Shown one piece after another: positions 62,876 to 64,000 of a DNA stretch of 64,000 nt; within the stretch, counting starts at the first letter, position 1; each line of letters starts with the position of its first letter. Source of the DNA: Octopus bimaculoides (Eukaryota). Made by a program: the position numbers and the translations under genes. Location: assembly GCF_001194135.2 (NCBI RefSeq), contig NC_069001.1, forward strand, positions 29,559,830-29,623,829, in the 5' to 3' direction. The notes beneath the pieces are model-generated. The model did no database searches, had not been told where the DNA came from, and worked only from the letters and a program-made list of their open reading frames with translations.

Positions 62876-62907
62876 TTTCTACTCTAGGCACAAGGTTCGA
62901 AGTTTGG
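62876..62907 (-). mobile_element. SINE family A tail fragment (type 1)
   Basis: TTTCTACTCTAGGCACAAGGTTCGAAGTTTGG. Confidence 0.6.
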
Positions 62908-62957
62908 CTCAGTATTACGTGTCAAAAGATAATATTGTTTCGCTTTTATTCCGTCAC

Positions 62958-62998
<41 letters not shown>

Positions 62999-63122
62999 CA
63001 TTTAAGCACAAAAGAGGCGAGCCTTAAGAGGTTGCCTTACATACTAGAAAGAATAGTCAAAAACTCCAACCACAGTTAAGACCAATTTCGAAGGGAATGA
63101 AAAATAAAAACATGTACCCTGT

Positions 63123-63512
63123 NNNNNNNNNNNNNNNNNNNNNNNNNNNNNNNNNNNNNNNNNNNNNNNNNNNNNNNNNNNNNNNNNNNNNNNNNNNNNN
63201 NNNNNNNNNNNNNNNNNNNNNNNNNNNNNNNNNNNNNNNNNNNNNNNNNNNNNNNNNNNNNNNNNNNNNNNNNNNNNNNNNNNNNNNNNNNNNNNNNNNN
63301 NNNNNNNNNNNNNNNNNNNNNNNNNNNNNNNNNNNNNNNNNNNNNNNNNNNNNNNNNNNNNNNNNNNNNNNNNNNNNNNNNNNNNNNNNNNNNNNNNNNN
63401 NNNNNNNNNNNNNNNNNNNNNNNNNNNNNNNNNNNNNNNNNNNNNNNNNNNNNNNNNNNNNNNNNNNNNNNNNNNNNNNNNNNNNNNNNNNNNNNNNNNN
63501 NNNNNNNNNNNN
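63123..63512. other. Assembly gap (390 N)
   Basis: N run followed by (AT)n. Confidence 1.
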
Positions 63513-63517
63513 ATATA

Positions 63518-63557
<40 letters not shown>

Positions 63558-64000
63558 TTATCATATATCGATATAATATATATATATATATAAACAAATA
63601 ATGCATTTATATGTATGCATATTATGTATATGTACATTATATATATATTTATATATGTGTGTGTGCGTGTGTCTTTGTGTCCGTGTGCGTGTGTGTGTGT
63701 GTTACTTGTTTATAGTTGAAAGCAACATTATAATTCGAGTTTTCATTTTTGCAGTCATTCTGTCATTTTTTTCAGCCATTTGTTTATGCCATTGTTTCTT
63801 ACATTATCGAATTTCTCTTCACCTTTTACTGTTTTTATTTTTTTCATGTGATATATTTGTTTATTCATTTGTCAGGAACCAATAACTGACATATGTTTTT
63901 CTTATGTTAGAATTGATATTTTAAAAAAAACTTTTTTTTTTCTTTTTACCCGCATCACGATACCACAATATATTCATATAGTATGGTGTGTGAAATATCT

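Overview
This is AT-rich eukaryotic DNA with dense (AT)n, (AC)n and trinucleotide microsatellites and about 15 N-gaps, most of them next to microsatellites. The repeat landscape resembles an octopus (coleoid cephalopod) short-read assembly; that is an inference from recalled SINE types, not a database match. I could not support any host protein-coding exon, rRNA, true tRNA or CRISPR array, and most listed ORFs are microsatellite or gap artefacts, so the window looks intronic or intergenic. It contains: (i) many copies of three tRNA-derived SINE families, called A, B and C here; (ii) decayed retrotransposon fragments (RTE endonuclease, R4/Dong-like RT, CRE-like C-terminus); (iii) decayed DNA transposons (a Tc1 with intact TIRs and TA target site, mariner and DD37D-like remnants, a hAT-like transposase, a mariner MITE); and (iv) several long fold-back elements. 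The most notable item is a fourth short element (family D, 3 copies). It joins a tRNA-type Pol III head, an (AAT)n spacer and a minimal type I hammerhead ribozyme fold of the Penelope-associated, palindromic-stem-III kind. A second, unrelated element at about 60.7 kb carries a degenerate hammerhead of the same architecture.
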